From the NCBI GenBank assembly GCA_963754445.1, contig CAVWFT010000003.1, positions 76,348 to 140,347 of the forward strand: a stretch of 64,000 bases of DNA. Reading direction: 5' to 3'. Under the pieces are notes generated by a model. The model was not told the DNA's origin and did not search any database. It saw only the letters and a program-made list of their open reading frames with translations. This document shows, one piece after another, positions 1 through 8,074 of the stretch. Position 1 is the stretch's first letter; every line of letters starts with the position of its first letter. Source of the stretch: an uncultured Acidimicrobiaceae bacterium (GTDB taxonomy: Bacteria; Actinomycetota; Acidimicrobiia; Acidimicrobiales; RAAP-2). The position numbers and the translations under genes are program-made.

Positions 1-127
1 CGAAGTTGACGTCTTGCGCCGTGTAGTTGGGCGTCTCGTCGTTGGCGATGTTGTTCGCCGTGGTCTGCTGCTGGAGCGAGACCCCGTCGACTGCGAACTG
101 CAGGACGCCCATGATGCCGTCGGACAC
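1..127 (-). CDS. flgB: Flagellar basal-body rod protein FlgB, first 42 codons only (gene runs off the left edge)
   Basis: Absent from the ORF track because it is truncated. Translating from GTG at 127..125 gives VSDGIMGVLQFAVDGVSLQQQTTANNIANDETPNYTAQDVNF, the ANNxAN..TPxY rod-protein N-terminal signature. AAGGGGGAG Shine-Dalgarno lies just upstream. Confidence 0.75.
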   Translation of the reverse strand, partial: MSDGIMGVLQFAVDGVSLQQQTTANNIANDETPNYTAQDVNF

Positions 128-191
128 GATCTCCCCCTTCGGATGTCACTCGGAGCCGGGCACGCATGGCGCGCCTCGACCTCTTCCTCGA

Positions 192-227
192 GCCCATCCT
201 GGGCGATTCATGCCGGCATTCCCTGCC
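192..227 (-). promoter_or_regulatory. flgB leader module with two GGA-loop hairpins, GGCAGGGAAUGCC and GCCCAGGAUGGGC (candidate CsrA sites)
   Basis: Read directly on the minus strand. Nearly identical to the block at 10126..10162 in the fliE leader. Confidence 0.45.
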
Positions 228-238
228 TGGCACTGGAG

Positions 239-266
239 CTATCGGCCTATGCCGGGGTCACCTTTA
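239..266 (-). promoter_or_regulatory. Sigma-28/FliA-type promoter candidate for flgB: TAAA-N16-GCCGATAG
   Basis: Minus strand reads TAAAGGTGACCCCGGCATAGGCCGATAG. The TAAA overlaps the stop codon of the sulfotransferase gene. Known consensus is TAAA-N15-GCCGATAA. Confidence 0.6.
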
Positions 267-1475
267 GTGTTGGCCCGCCGCGCTGCACTGCATCGCCTCC
301 GCCGCGGCGGCCTCCATCACCTCGGCCGAGGCGAGGAGGCCCCACCCCGACGAGCCGAGGTAGCCGGCCAGTCCGTCCAAGAAGTCTTTCTCGCTCCCGA
401 ATCGCTGCGGGACGTCGCCGTAACGACGCACCGCTCGGCGCTTCAAGGCACTACCGAAGTTCTCGGTGCCGGCGCACAGTCCGTCCAGCGCGGATCGCTC
501 GACGGCGACGACACAGGCCGGAGGCCCCCCGTCGTCGGGTGCCGGCGCGCCGAGCATGGCCGGTACGAAACCGTGCACGACGGCGCGGGCCCGCACCTCG
601 TGACCGTCGACCACCCTGATCTCGAGCGTGCCGTCGTCGGTCCGGACGATCGGACCTCCGCCGCTTCCCCACTCGTTGCCGACCAGGTCGTATCCCAGTT
701 GCTTGAGCAGTTGGTTCATGGCGTCACGCACGGGGATGCCCAGTCGTTCGGGCGGGATGCGGGCTCCTCTCCCGATCGACTCGGCGTGGACGGCGCGTGT
801 GTGCCAGATCTTGTAGTCGGCCGGACCCGAGGACTCGTGGGGCTGGGTGAAGGTGTCGACCGTCGACGTCGGGCTGTCGACGCCGAAAAGCTGCCAGACC
901 TCTGCCATGGACGCGTCGGTCCCGGTCACCAGATCTTCGTAACGGAGGCGCAGGCACCGGCCGGGGTGAGCCTGCTCGAAGGCCAACATGGCCGCCGTGC
1001 GCTCGATCCAGTACCCGCAGACGGCCAGCACGGTGTTGTGCGGGCTCATCTGGGCATAGGACCCGAGGCCGAAGCTGTCGAGTCCCCACTCGGACGCCTC
1101 GAGCAGCGACGCCGTCACGTCCATGCAGTGCCGGTGGAGCAGGATGAAGCGGGCCTCGGGCCAGGCCTCGGCGAGCTGCTCGAGCTCAGCGACGTTGGAG
1201 AGCGATTTGTCGCACCACCGTTGCTTCCCGGCGGCTTCGAGGTGGGATGCCATGAGGGTGTCGACCACGGCCCGGGCCCTTGGCAACACGGTGTCGGCGG
1301 CGAGACCGGCGGCGCGGGCTGAACCGGCGTAGGCGGAAACGAGGGTGGCGAGATCGGTCTCGCCCGGACACGAGATCTGCTCGTGCGCGTCGATCAACCA
1401 GCGCAGCAACGTGGAGCCACTGCGGGCGTTGCAGGCCACGAACACGGGTCCCGAGACCGTCATCGACACCGTCAC
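264..1475 (-). CDS. Sulfotransferase-family protein with an extra C-terminal domain of about 120 aa, last gene of the fliE-fliK operon
   Basis: ORF 264..1766 trimmed to GTG 1475, which overlaps the fliK stop as GTGA (alternative ATG at 1463). Has a PAPS-binding-like motif VACNARSGSTLLRW and a RHCMDVTAS region typical of sulfotransferases. Confidence 0.75.
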   Translation of the reverse strand: MTVSMTVSGPVFVACNARSGSTLLRWLIDAHEQISCPGETDLATLVSAYAGSARAAGLAADTVLPRARAVVDTLMASHLEAAGKQRWCDKSLSNVAELEQLAEAWPEARFILLHRHCMDVTASLLEASEWGLDSFGLGSYAQMSPHNTVLAVCGYWIERTAAMLAFEQAHPGRCLRLRYEDLVTGTDASMAEVWQLFGVDSPTSTVDTFTQPHESSGPADYKIWHTRAVHAESIGRGARIPPERLGIPVRDAMNQLLKQLGYDLVGNEWGSGGGPIVRTDDGTLEIRVVDGHEVRARAVVHGFVPAMLGAPAPDDGGPPACVVAVERSALDGLCAGTENFGSALKRRAVRRYGDVPQRFGSEKDFLDGLAGYLGSSGWGLLASAEVMEAAAAEAMQCSAAGQH

Positions 1476-3439
1476 AGCCGGATGTCCACTCGTCGGCCAC
1501 CGTCGAGCTGTTCGCCCGAGATTGCATCGGTCTCGGAGTCGCGGCGCCCATAGTCGGGTGCGATGTGCTCGGCCGAGGACTTGCTGTTTCCCTGGCCCGG
1601 ACTTGCGTGGCCCTGAGGGGTGCGGTCCCCACGTGGATCCGGCTGCGCCGAACCGAAGTCGGCCAGGTCCACGTTCACGCGGCGGTCGGATCCCTCCGTC
1701 AGTTGGCTGTGGAGCTGGTTGATCGTCTGGGAGAGTGCAGCATGACCGGTGGCCGAGTCGGCCCACAGGCTGACCGACACCTCCTCGCCGGCGACAGAGA
1801 CCGTGGCCTGCACGTTGCCCAGGCCCTCGGGTTGCAGAGACATCGTCACCGAGTGACTGCCGTCGTCGCCGGCCCGCAGCGGGGCGAGCACAGTCAGGAC
1901 CTGCTGCGCCACCGGATCATCGGGAGCGACCGTTCCCGCCCCGGCGAAGGACGCCGTCGGCAGCGCAGTGGGTGCGGTTGCTGTGGGCGGCGCAACACCT
2001 GCCAGTGCCACGGGCGCCAGCCCGGCCGTGGTCGCAGCATTCGTCGTTGGCGCCGCACCTGACGTGGTGCCCGCACCCGACGGTGAACCAGCGGGCGTCG
2101 GCGCCGACCCGGGATCGGATCCCGCACTGGTCGATCGAGGCGTTGACCCCGGTGGGGTCGTCGGAACGGTTGGCGACGTCGTGGCAGGCAACCTGGGGTC
2201 GAGGCGCGAAGACGCGGGCGGCGGCGCGCCTCCCCCAGCCGTCGGCTGTTCCGAGCCACTCTGGCCACGATCACGATCGTTCGACCCCGACGCACGGTCG
2301 GCGGAGCCGGGACCGGTCGGCTCCTCGCTCGAGGAAGACCCCGCGGCACCGGTCGCCGGCGCGGCAATCGACCGGAGACGTCCGTCGTCGGCCCGCCTCG
2401 GAGCCGAGGCGGTCGCCGCGCCCGCTTGGACCTCGTTCGCCGGGCGTTGCGCACTCTGCCCGACCTCAGGCTCGGACGAGCCGGGTGCACGTACCGCAGG
2501 CAGCTCCGATCCACGCCCTGACGAGACAGTGCCGGCCGGCGAGTTGTTGCCGGCGCCCTGTTGCGTGCCGCTCGTCGTGTCGGTCCCACCTGAACGGGCC
2601 GGAGCAGATCCCACGGTGCCCTGGACCTCCGGTGCCGGGGCCGACCGGGGCGCTGGCGCTCCCGAGCGCGCCGGGACCGGCGAGTCGGGAGTCGGGTCGA
2701 CCTGCGTCGCCGCCCGACCACTCGCTACAGGCTGGGCCGCCGGCGGCGTCGTTTCCGGTGACACGGTCGACCTCTCGGCAGCGATCGGGACAGCGGACGT
2801 CGAATCGTCCCTGGTTGTCGCCCCAACCGACCCGCCGGAGCTTTCGGCGCTCGTCGTGCCGGCGGGCCACGAAGGGACCCGGGCCAGCGGATCGTCACGC
2901 CCATCGGTCGTCGGGTCGGCCGGTGCTGCGCTCTGCGCGCTGACGTGGGGGTTCGCGTTGGTGGCGAGGAGGGCCGAGGAACCGGCCGATGACGGGAGAT
3001 CGAGGGCGGAGTGGGCGTCGTTGGCGGATCCGCCGCGGGGGTCGAGCACTGCCGTCGCACCAACCGACGGGAGCTGGGCAACGGTCGGCGCAGAGGTCGG
3101 AGTCACCGCCGCACCCGACGGGCTCGTTGACACGGCGCTGGAGGGCGCTGTGCTCACCCGCGTCCCGTGAGACCGGCGCGTCGGGCCCGGCTCGGCACCG
3201 GCGCCATGGGACTCCGACGGGTCGGACCCGTGTGGGCGGCCCTTTTGATCGCCCCGCTGCTGCACGGACGCAGAAGCGACATCGAGTGCGTCGGTGAACG
3301 CAGCCGCGGTCCCCGTGTCCAACGTGGCTTGGCTGTCGGCCGCTGCCGGGGCGCTCTGTGCCGCAGGCGCCGCAGGATCGGGCCGCGCCGGGTGCGGGGC
3401 CACGAGGTTCGCCAGAGCGGATCCCCCGGCCGCCGTCAT
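1472..3439 (-). CDS. fliK: Flagellar hook-length control protein FliK
   Basis: Pro/Ser/Ala-rich, 655 aa. C-terminal hook-length domain (SVTMSLQPEGLGNVQATVSVAGEEVSVSLWADS..). ATGA overlap with the upstream hydrolase gene. Confidence 0.85.
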   Translation of the reverse strand: MTAAGGSALANLVAPHPARPDPAAPAAQSAPAAADSQATLDTGTAAAFTDALDVASASVQQRGDQKGRPHGSDPSESHGAGAEPGPTRRSHGTRVSTAPSSAVSTSPSGAAVTPTSAPTVAQLPSVGATAVLDPRGGSANDAHSALDLPSSAGSSALLATNANPHVSAQSAAPADPTTDGRDDPLARVPSWPAGTTSAESSGGSVGATTRDDSTSAVPIAAERSTVSPETTPPAAQPVASGRAATQVDPTPDSPVPARSGAPAPRSAPAPEVQGTVGSAPARSGGTDTTSGTQQGAGNNSPAGTVSSGRGSELPAVRAPGSSEPEVGQSAQRPANEVQAGAATASAPRRADDGRLRSIAAPATGAAGSSSSEEPTGPGSADRASGSNDRDRGQSGSEQPTAGGGAPPPASSRLDPRLPATTSPTVPTTPPGSTPRSTSAGSDPGSAPTPAGSPSGAGTTSGAAPTTNAATTAGLAPVALAGVAPPTATAPTALPTASFAGAGTVAPDDPVAQQVLTVLAPLRAGDDGSHSVTMSLQPEGLGNVQATVSVAGEEVSVSLWADSATGHAALSQTINQLHSQLTEGSDRRVNVDLADFGSAQPDPRGDRTPQGHASPGQGNSKSSAEHIAPDYGRRDSETDAISGEQLDGGRRVDIRL

Positions 3440-4542
3440 GACGAGCCGCCGATCAGGCCCATGATCGTGTTCACGTAGTTCTGCGTCTCGGCGTAGGGCG
3501 GAATACCTCCGTACCTCTCGACGGCGCCCGCTCCCGCGTTGTAAGCCGCCAGGGCAAGGGGAACCGAGCCGAATTTGGCAATGTCACCCGAGAGGATCTG
3601 TGCGGCGCCGTCGATGGCCTGCTGAGGATCGAACGGGTTCACGCCCAATCCCTGTGCCGTACTCGGCATGATCTGCATGAGTCCTTCGGCTCCGGCCGAG
3701 CTCACGGCCGATGGGTTGAAACCGGATTCCGTCTTGGCCACTGCGGCCAGCAGCGTCGGAGACACCCCGTATGTCGCACCGGCGGAAAGGAAGAGCGGCG
3801 CCAGGTTCGACGGCACGTTGAGGGATCCCGCCACGGAGCCACTGCTCCCGGCGGACGACGACGTGCTCGTGGCCGGGGTCAGGACACGCCTGATGGCCAC
3901 CGGCGTACCCGCGGCCGACACGGACTGGATCTGAACCGACGTCCCGGTGTGCGGTGCGTCGATCATTTGGCCGTTGCCGATGTAAATGCCCACGTGTCCC
4001 GGGGACGAAGCCGTCCCATCACTGCCGGCGAAGAACACCAGGTCTCCTGGTTGGGCCTGCGCCAACGACGGGACCGCCTGCCCGACCGTCGCCTGCTCCT
4101 CGCTCGTACGGGGCAGAGAGACACCGAGCTGCTTGTAGACGTACTGGACGAGGCCCGAGCAGTCGAAACCCGAGGGGCTGGTCCCGCCCCACACGTAGGG
4201 AACACCGATGTACTTCGAGGCGTCCGCCACCACGGAGGCCCCGCTGACCCCACCCGAACCAGAGGAGGAGAAGGCCGAGAGGGCATTGCCTGTTCCCGAT
4301 GCCGCGGTCGAGCCGAACGTGGACAGCGCTGAGGAGGCACTCGAACCCGTGTTGCTGGTCGAGCTCGATGCCTGCCCGGACACGGCGTCTTGGATCGCCG
4401 AGAGGATGCCGGCGAAGTCGCCCTGCTCGGCGTCGGTCTGGATCGTCGGACCCAGACCCTGTACCGCCGATTGCACCGCGGAAGCCTGCTGGACCATCGC
4501 CGGTGTCGGCACCTGGTCGCTGGTCGGAGCAACCGAGGTCAC
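3436..4542 (-). CDS. Bifunctional peptidoglycan hydrolase: NlpC/P60 endopeptidase plus C-terminal SLT lytic transglycosylase
   Basis: ORF 3436..5340 trimmed to GTG 4542 (GTGA overlap with the fliJ stop). NlpC/P60 signature: YVWGGTSPSGFDCSGLV...GHVGIY. SLT signature: AKTESGFNPSAVSSAGAEGLMQIMPSTA...AYNAG. Confidence 0.85.
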   Translation of the reverse strand: MTSVAPTSDQVPTPAMVQQASAVQSAVQGLGPTIQTDAEQGDFAGILSAIQDAVSGQASSSTSNTGSSASSALSTFGSTAASGTGNALSAFSSSGSGGVSGASVVADASKYIGVPYVWGGTSPSGFDCSGLVQYVYKQLGVSLPRTSEEQATVGQAVPSLAQAQPGDLVFFAGSDGTASSPGHVGIYIGNGQMIDAPHTGTSVQIQSVSAAGTPVAIRRVLTPATSTSSSAGSSGSVAGSLNVPSNLAPLFLSAGATYGVSPTLLAAVAKTESGFNPSAVSSAGAEGLMQIMPSTAQGLGVNPFDPQQAIDGAAQILSGDIAKFGSVPLALAAYNAGAGAVERYGGIPPYAETQNYVNTIMGLIGGSS

Positions 4543-4982
4543 GGGGAGAACTCCTGCTCGCCTGCGATGAAGCGGGCCGTGACGATCCCGTCGACCTCGG
4601 TCGCCTCGTGGCGCGCATCTTCGGCGCGCAGCTCCTCGAGCTTGCGCTCCTGCAGTCGCTCCAGCGCCTCGACCCGCTGCGCCGCCTCGCGCCAGCGGCG
4701 CAGGGCGACCGCCGCTTGTGCCTCCGCCAGGGAGAGCTGGGTAGTGGCCTCGACCAGGCTCGCCGCCGCGAGGTCGGCCGATGCACTCTCCCGGTGGAAC
4801 ACCGTGGCGGACACCGGACCGCTCGACACGGGGACCTCTCGGTAGCGCTGAGCCGACTGGTCGCGCGTCTCGGCGGCGGCGTGCACGGTCCGGTTCCCAC
4901 GCGACAGATCGGCGCGCGCAGACTCCTCTTGAGCACGCCGAACCCGCAACACGGTCTCGAGTCGGAAGCTTCGCTTGCTCAC
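4539..4982 (-). CDS. fliJ: Flagellar export chaperone FliJ
   Basis: Coiled-coil protein of 147 aa (FRLETVLRVRRAQEE...). GTG 4982 overlaps the fliI stop as GTGA. Canonical position after fliI. Confidence 0.75.
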   Translation of the reverse strand: MSKRSFRLETVLRVRRAQEESARADLSRGNRTVHAAAETRDQSAQRYREVPVSSGPVSATVFHRESASADLAAASLVEATTQLSLAEAQAAVALRRWREAAQRVEALERLQERKLEELRAEDARHEATEVDGIVTARFIAGEQEFSP

Positions 4983-6322
4983 GATGCCTTCCGCTCGGCC
5001 GAGAGGTCTGGCACCGCGGCATCGAGGAGGGCGCCGAGCAAAGCCCACGAGCGCGCCGCGTCCTCTGTGACCCGGACGTCCTGGCAGAGGAACGCCTCGA
5101 TGAAGTCAGAGAGCGCAACGGCCCGGTCGACCAGAGGATTGGTGCCGGACACGTACGCACCGATCTCAATGAGGTCCTTGGCATCTCGTGCAGCTGCCAG
5201 CAGCCTCCGCAACTCGCGGGCCATGGCACGCCGTTCGGGGGTCGTGATGGCCGGCTCGACCCGGGAGACCGATTCGAGGACCTCGATGCTGGGGAAATGA
5301 CCGGCCGTGGCCAACCGGCGTGACAGCACGATGTGCCCATCGAGCACCGAACGAGCAGCGTCGGCGATGGGCTCGTTCATGTCGTCGCCGTCGACCAGGA
5401 CGGTGTAGAGACCGGTGATGCTGCCCCGGTCGGACGTCCCGGCCCGCTCGAGAAGTTTCGGCAGGAGCGAGAAGACCGACGGCGGGTACCCACGGGTGAC
5501 GGGCGGTTCACCGGCAGAGAGACCGACTTCGCGCTGCGCCATCGCGAAGCGAGTCAGGCTGTCCATCATCAGCACCACGTCGCGACCCTGATCACGAAAC
5601 CACTCGGCGATCCGCGTGGCTGTGAACGCGGCACGAATGCGGACGAGCGCCGGCTCGTCCGAGGTGGCGACCACGACAACAGATCGCTCCAGGCCTTCTT
5701 CACCGAGGTCGTGTCGGATGAACTCGTTCACTTCACGACCGCGCTCGCCCACCAGGGCCAGGACCACGACGGGAGCATCCGTCCCGCGGGCGATCATGGA
5801 GAGGAGGCTCGACTTGCCCACACCCGAACCTGCGAAGATCCCCATTCGCTGACCGCGTCCGCACGGAGTGAGCGTGTCGATGGCGCGCACTCCAAGGGCC
5901 AGCTGGGTCTCGATCATGTCGCGCTTGAGGGGATGCGGTGCACTGCCCTCGACGGTCACGGGCTCCGTGTCTGCGAGTGCAGGGCCGTCGTCGATCGGAC
6001 GTCCCAGACCGTCGAGGACCCGTCCGAGCAGGCTCTGGCCCACGCTGATCGACATCGGCCGCAACATCGCCTCGACCGGCGCCCCGAAGTGCACGCCCTT
6101 GAGGTCCCCGAACGGCATGCAGGCGAGGCTCTCGCCCTGGACGGCGACGACTTCGGCGTCGAGTATCCCGCCATCACGCCAGACACGCACGGCATCACCG
6201 ACCGCCGCTTCGATGCCTTCGACCTCGAGACGGAGCCCGACCAAGCGGCTGACCCGCCCCGTGCGCCTTGGTTGGCAGGCCTGCCGGGCCGCGGACAGGG
6301 CGGACTCGTTCCACCCGCTCAC
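4979..6322 (-). CDS. fliI: Flagellum-specific ATPase FliI
   Basis: Walker A (AGSGVGKSSLL) and Walker B (DVVLMMDSLTRFA). ORF trimmed to GTG 6322, which overlaps the fliH stop as GTGA. Confidence 0.95.
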   Translation of the reverse strand: MSGWNESALSAARQACQPRRTGRVSRLVGLRLEVEGIEAAVGDAVRVWRDGGILDAEVVAVQGESLACMPFGDLKGVHFGAPVEAMLRPMSISVGQSLLGRVLDGLGRPIDDGPALADTEPVTVEGSAPHPLKRDMIETQLALGVRAIDTLTPCGRGQRMGIFAGSGVGKSSLLSMIARGTDAPVVVLALVGERGREVNEFIRHDLGEEGLERSVVVVATSDEPALVRIRAAFTATRIAEWFRDQGRDVVLMMDSLTRFAMAQREVGLSAGEPPVTRGYPPSVFSLLPKLLERAGTSDRGSITGLYTVLVDGDDMNEPIADAARSVLDGHIVLSRRLATAGHFPSIEVLESVSRVEPAITTPERRAMARELRRLLAAARDAKDLIEIGAYVSGTNPLVDRAVALSDFIEAFLCQDVRVTEDAARSWALLGALLDAAVPDLSAERKAS

Positions 6323-7062
6323 GAACGGCCCCTGGCTCGTTCGAGCACCTGCATCGTCGGTGGCGGCTCGGTCACATCGGATCCGTCGGCCGAGCGAGTT
6401 CCCGACGCGGCCAGGAGTGCCCAGCGCACACGCCCGAGGGCAGACTCGATCTGAGCATCGATTCGGCACGGTCCGGCATCGATGACGCAACCGGCCCGCT
6501 GCACGCTCTCGTCCGGGACGACCGTGATGCGGCAATCCGTGACGTAGGCCTGCAACTCGGTGGCCTCGATCACCTCGTCGGGATGGAGTCGGATGACGAG
6601 GTCCTCACCCGGGGCGGTGAGGCGGAGCGCCCGCCGGATGGCCGAGGCCGCGGCGCTGTCGGCAAGGGACAACTCGTGATCCATGAGGGTCCGCGTCAGC
6701 TCGACGGCCAGGTTGGTGGCGTCCTCTTCGACGACGGAGATCGCGTTGCTCCGTCCCGCCTCGATGGCAGCCGCAGCCTGGGTCAGCGCTGCGGCAGCCC
6801 TCTGGACGGCTTCGCTCCGCAGGTCCTCGGCGCCGCCACGAGCGGCGGCCAGGCCTGCGTGGAAGCCCTCGTCGTACGCCTCCTGGCGGGCCGCTTCGAC
6901 CCGCTCCGTCGGCGATTGATGGCGTCGTGGTCGGGGACTCTCTCCCTCGACGTACTCCACGTTGAGAGCGGCCGGTAGAGCGTTTTCGACCGCTCGGCCG
7001 CGCATCACGCGTGCGGTGCGCCCGCTGGCATTCATTGCCCGGGACTCAGACGACAAGGTCAT
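6319..7062 (-). CDS. fliH: Flagellar assembly protein FliH
   Basis: FliH-like C-terminal region, positioned between fliG and fliI. Start chosen at ATG 7062 behind GAGGTGACG; GTG 7068 and ATG 7035 are alternatives. Confidence 0.8.
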   Translation of the reverse strand: MTLSSESRAMNASGRTARVMRGRAVENALPAALNVEYVEGESPRPRRHQSPTERVEAARQEAYDEGFHAGLAAARGGAEDLRSEAVQRAAAALTQAAAAIEAGRSNAISVVEEDATNLAVELTRTLMDHELSLADSAAASAIRRALRLTAPGEDLVIRLHPDEVIEATELQAYVTDCRITVVPDESVQRAGCVIDAGPCRIDAQIESALGRVRWALLAASGTRSADGSDVTEPPPTMQVLERARGRS

Positions 7063-8050
7063 CGTCACCTCGCATCAACACGATCTCTCCGGCTTCCTCC
7101 ATCTCGCGCACCGTCTTCACGAGCTGCATCTGCGCCGATTCAACGGTGGAGAGCCGGGTCGGCCCGAGCATCTCGATCTCCTCGAGCAGATCCTCCGAGG
7201 CCCTCTCGGAGACGTTGCGCAAGAACTTGTCACGCACGTTGTCGTCGACGCCCTTGAGCGCCACGGCAAGATCTTTCGGCACGACATTGCGCAGAACCTT
7301 CTGCAGCGTCCGGTCATCCAACGCCACCACGTCGTCGAAGACGAAGAGCTGATTGCGGATCTTCTCGGCCACCTCGGGATCGAGTTCGTCGAGCTCGGTC
7401 AGAATCAGCTTCTCGGACGCACGGTCGACGTTGTTGAGGATGCTGACCAACGCGGAAACACCGCCGGCGGCCATACGGGTCACGCCGCCAGGTTGGATCA
7501 ACGTGGCAAATTTACGCTCCACGATGGTCGCGATGTCCTGGACCACCTGCGGGTCGATTCGCCCCATGGTGGCGATGCGGTCGGCCACGTCGACCCGCGA
7601 CTTCTCCTCCATCTTTCCGAGGATGTCTGCGGCGTGATCCGACGCCAGATGCACGAGGATGACGGCGACCGTCTGTGGGTGCTCATCGGCCAGAAACGCA
7701 GTGACCTGGATCGGGTCGAGCCTTTGCAGCAAGGTGAGTGGCCCGTCGCCGCCCACGTAGACCTGCTCCATGACCTCGTCGGCCCGATCCGCTCCCAGCC
7801 GCTCCTTGAGCAGCAGGCGGGCTTGTTCGGCTCCTCCCTGCTGGACGGCCACGATGCTGTTCACTCCCTCGAGGAACTCACCGATCACGTCGTTGACAAC
7901 ACTGGCGTCCAGCTGGGGCAGCTTGGCCATCTCGGTCATGAGCATGACCACTTCGGATTCGCTCATGGACTTGAGGGCCTGCGCGGCGCGATGCGTATCC
8001 ATCTGCGCCAGCACGGTGGCTGCCTTCTGTGGTCCGGTCAGGGACGGCAT
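7046..8050 (-). CDS. fliG: Flagellar motor switch protein FliG
   Basis: MPSLTGPQKAATVLAQMD N-terminus and a full-length FliG-like sequence of 334 aa. Confidence 0.95.
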   Translation of the reverse strand: MPSLTGPQKAATVLAQMDTHRAAQALKSMSESEVVMLMTEMAKLPQLDASVVNDVIGEFLEGVNSIVAVQQGGAEQARLLLKERLGADRADEVMEQVYVGGDGPLTLLQRLDPIQVTAFLADEHPQTVAVILVHLASDHAADILGKMEEKSRVDVADRIATMGRIDPQVVQDIATIVERKFATLIQPGGVTRMAAGGVSALVSILNNVDRASEKLILTELDELDPEVAEKIRNQLFVFDDVVALDDRTLQKVLRNVVPKDLAVALKGVDDNVRDKFLRNVSERASEDLLEEIEMLGPTRLSTVESAQMQLVKTVREMEEAGEIVLMRGDDDLVV

Positions 8051-8074
8051 GCTGGAATGACTCCTCAGCCTCGA

